Assembly (NCBI RefSeq): GCF_018977255.1 | Contig: NW_024704742.1 | Location: forward strand, 40,364,001-40,428,000 | DNA length: 64,000 bases | Origin: Callorhinchus milii | Lineage: Eukaryota | Direction: 5' to 3' | Shown here: one piece after another, positions 62,613 to 64,000 of the stretch | Position numbering within the stretch: position 1 is the first letter of the stretch | How the letters are laid out: every line of letters starts with the position of its first letter | The notes under the pieces: model-generated | What the model saw: only the letters and a program-made list of their open reading frames with translations | Database searches by the model: none | What the model was told of the DNA's origin: nothing | Made by a program: the position numbers and the translations under genes

Positions 62613-63424
62613 TAATAATGTCTGTTGGCATTTTTTCTGATGTGATTGTAAATTTGCAGATTTGAGCTTCTAGGTTCCTAGTGTTCTAGGGCAAGGGGAA
62701 CAAGAATAACAAAAATCATTATTGTGTAGCAAGGTTGGATACCCTACAATTCCATTGTGAAATTAAGCAGAAAATGATTCCACATTGATACATTGCCTTA
62801 AAAGGCCTGGGTGCGTCACACAGTCACAAATGGATGAATGAAAGGTTTATGGAGCAACAAGGTTATTGAGATAAATTATCCGGATATCACATTAGTCAAA
62901 ATGGACTCTGAGGAGAATACTAAAGGATAAATGTCACTAAATGGCCTTGCCCCAAGTTGTAAATCTGCAATCTATGCCCCGACACTTAATTTTTTCTATT
63001 GAACAATAATATATAACCTTTTTAAAAACACTTACCACACAGTCATTGGTTTCATTTTCACAGCAATTCCAAGGTTTCAGCCCTCAAATGTAATGCCGCT
63101 TCTCAGTGAAAGTAATCAGCAGCTGGGAGTCACTGGGCTGCGTGTTCAGTGATGGAGCACCATATTCCGGCTCCCAAATCCTGCAAATGCAACAAAGTTC
63201 ACAGCCAACAGCAGCAGATCAGCAGGGGTTGTGTTGTGAGATTGTAATTATGGCTTTTTTTTATTAAATGAGATGTAAGAACCAGTGAAGAACATGCAGA
63301 GACATAGACAGACACTTTGCTAGCAGAGGCATTAAGGGTTCTTGTACAAGCCCTCCCCCTTTTCAATACAGGGTACAATGCAAAGGACGACTCTAGCTGC
63401 TTTCTAGTCCGATTCAAGTCTATT

Positions 63425-63633
63425 ACATGCTCAAAGAATGGTGGAAGCCACTTCGATAACAACTTTTAAGAGAGAAGTTGATAATTATTTGGGGAGGACA
63501 AGTTTCCAGGGCTATGGGGAGACAGCGGGGGAGTGGGATTGAATTGGATAGCTCTTTTCAAAGAGCTGGCACAGATGATGGCCGAATGGCCTCCTTCTGT
63601 GCTGTATAATTCTATGAGTCTATGATTCTATGA
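63425..63633 (+). mobile_element. CR1 LINE 3' end with (ttctatga)n terminus
   Basis: Reads VEATSITTFKREVDNYLGRTSFQGYGETAGEWD*, then ggccgaatggcctccttctgtgctgtataattctatgagtctatgattctatga. Confidence 0.9.
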
Positions 63634-64000
63634 TGTGTGTTCCTATTTTACAGATGACTGTTGAAAAGGTGAAGGAAGTGTTGAGTCTTATGGTTCAGAA
63701 TTCTTTGAAATGGGTCTACAATGCAATATTTGTCACAAGATTCACAAATAATGATTTAAAGTTGTAAATAGCAAGTTCTGCTGACCCAAGAGAACTCTGC
63801 TCTGACACAATCTGCATCCAGATCAAGATCCCATTGATTGGTGTGACACATTTCCAGTTCCTGGCAGGTCGTATTAGTATAAACACTATTTCCTGAAAAA
63901 ATAGCTTAGGGATTAAAGAAGTGTAAGAACGGTTTAGAAATCAGAGCAGCATTTTGTCTGTTTGTAATTTGAACCATTTGCAACAATCCCATTCTAATTT

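Overview
Repeat-dense vertebrate non-coding DNA. The repeat content suggests a cartilaginous fish, possibly a chimaera; this is inference from abundant L2 LINEs, SacSINE1-like Deu SINEs and shark-type CR1 tails. No intact host protein-coding gene could be identified. The long ORFs are either L2 endonuclease/RT fragments or artefacts of a ~2.5 kb satellite at 42.8-45.3 kb. Less routine items: (1) an old, degenerate local multi-copy unit at 3.8-12.5 kb that keeps minus-strand splice signals and brackets a Gypsy RNase H relic; (2) a hAT MITE with an 8-bp TSD; (3) a chimeric tRNA-Val/CORE-like + Deu + L2-tail SINE; (4) a covarying L2/SINE 3' stem-loop; (5) a near full-length, apparently single-ORF L2 with a YY1/GC-box/ETS promoter and splice donor; (6) a hairpin satellite built from RSS-heptamer-like words; (7) an unclassified ~100-140 bp repeat in four copies; (8) several blocks that look like conserved non-coding elements (CNEs). 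Repeat boundaries were read by eye and are approximate unless a TSD is given. Nothing here is demonstrably a new biological system.
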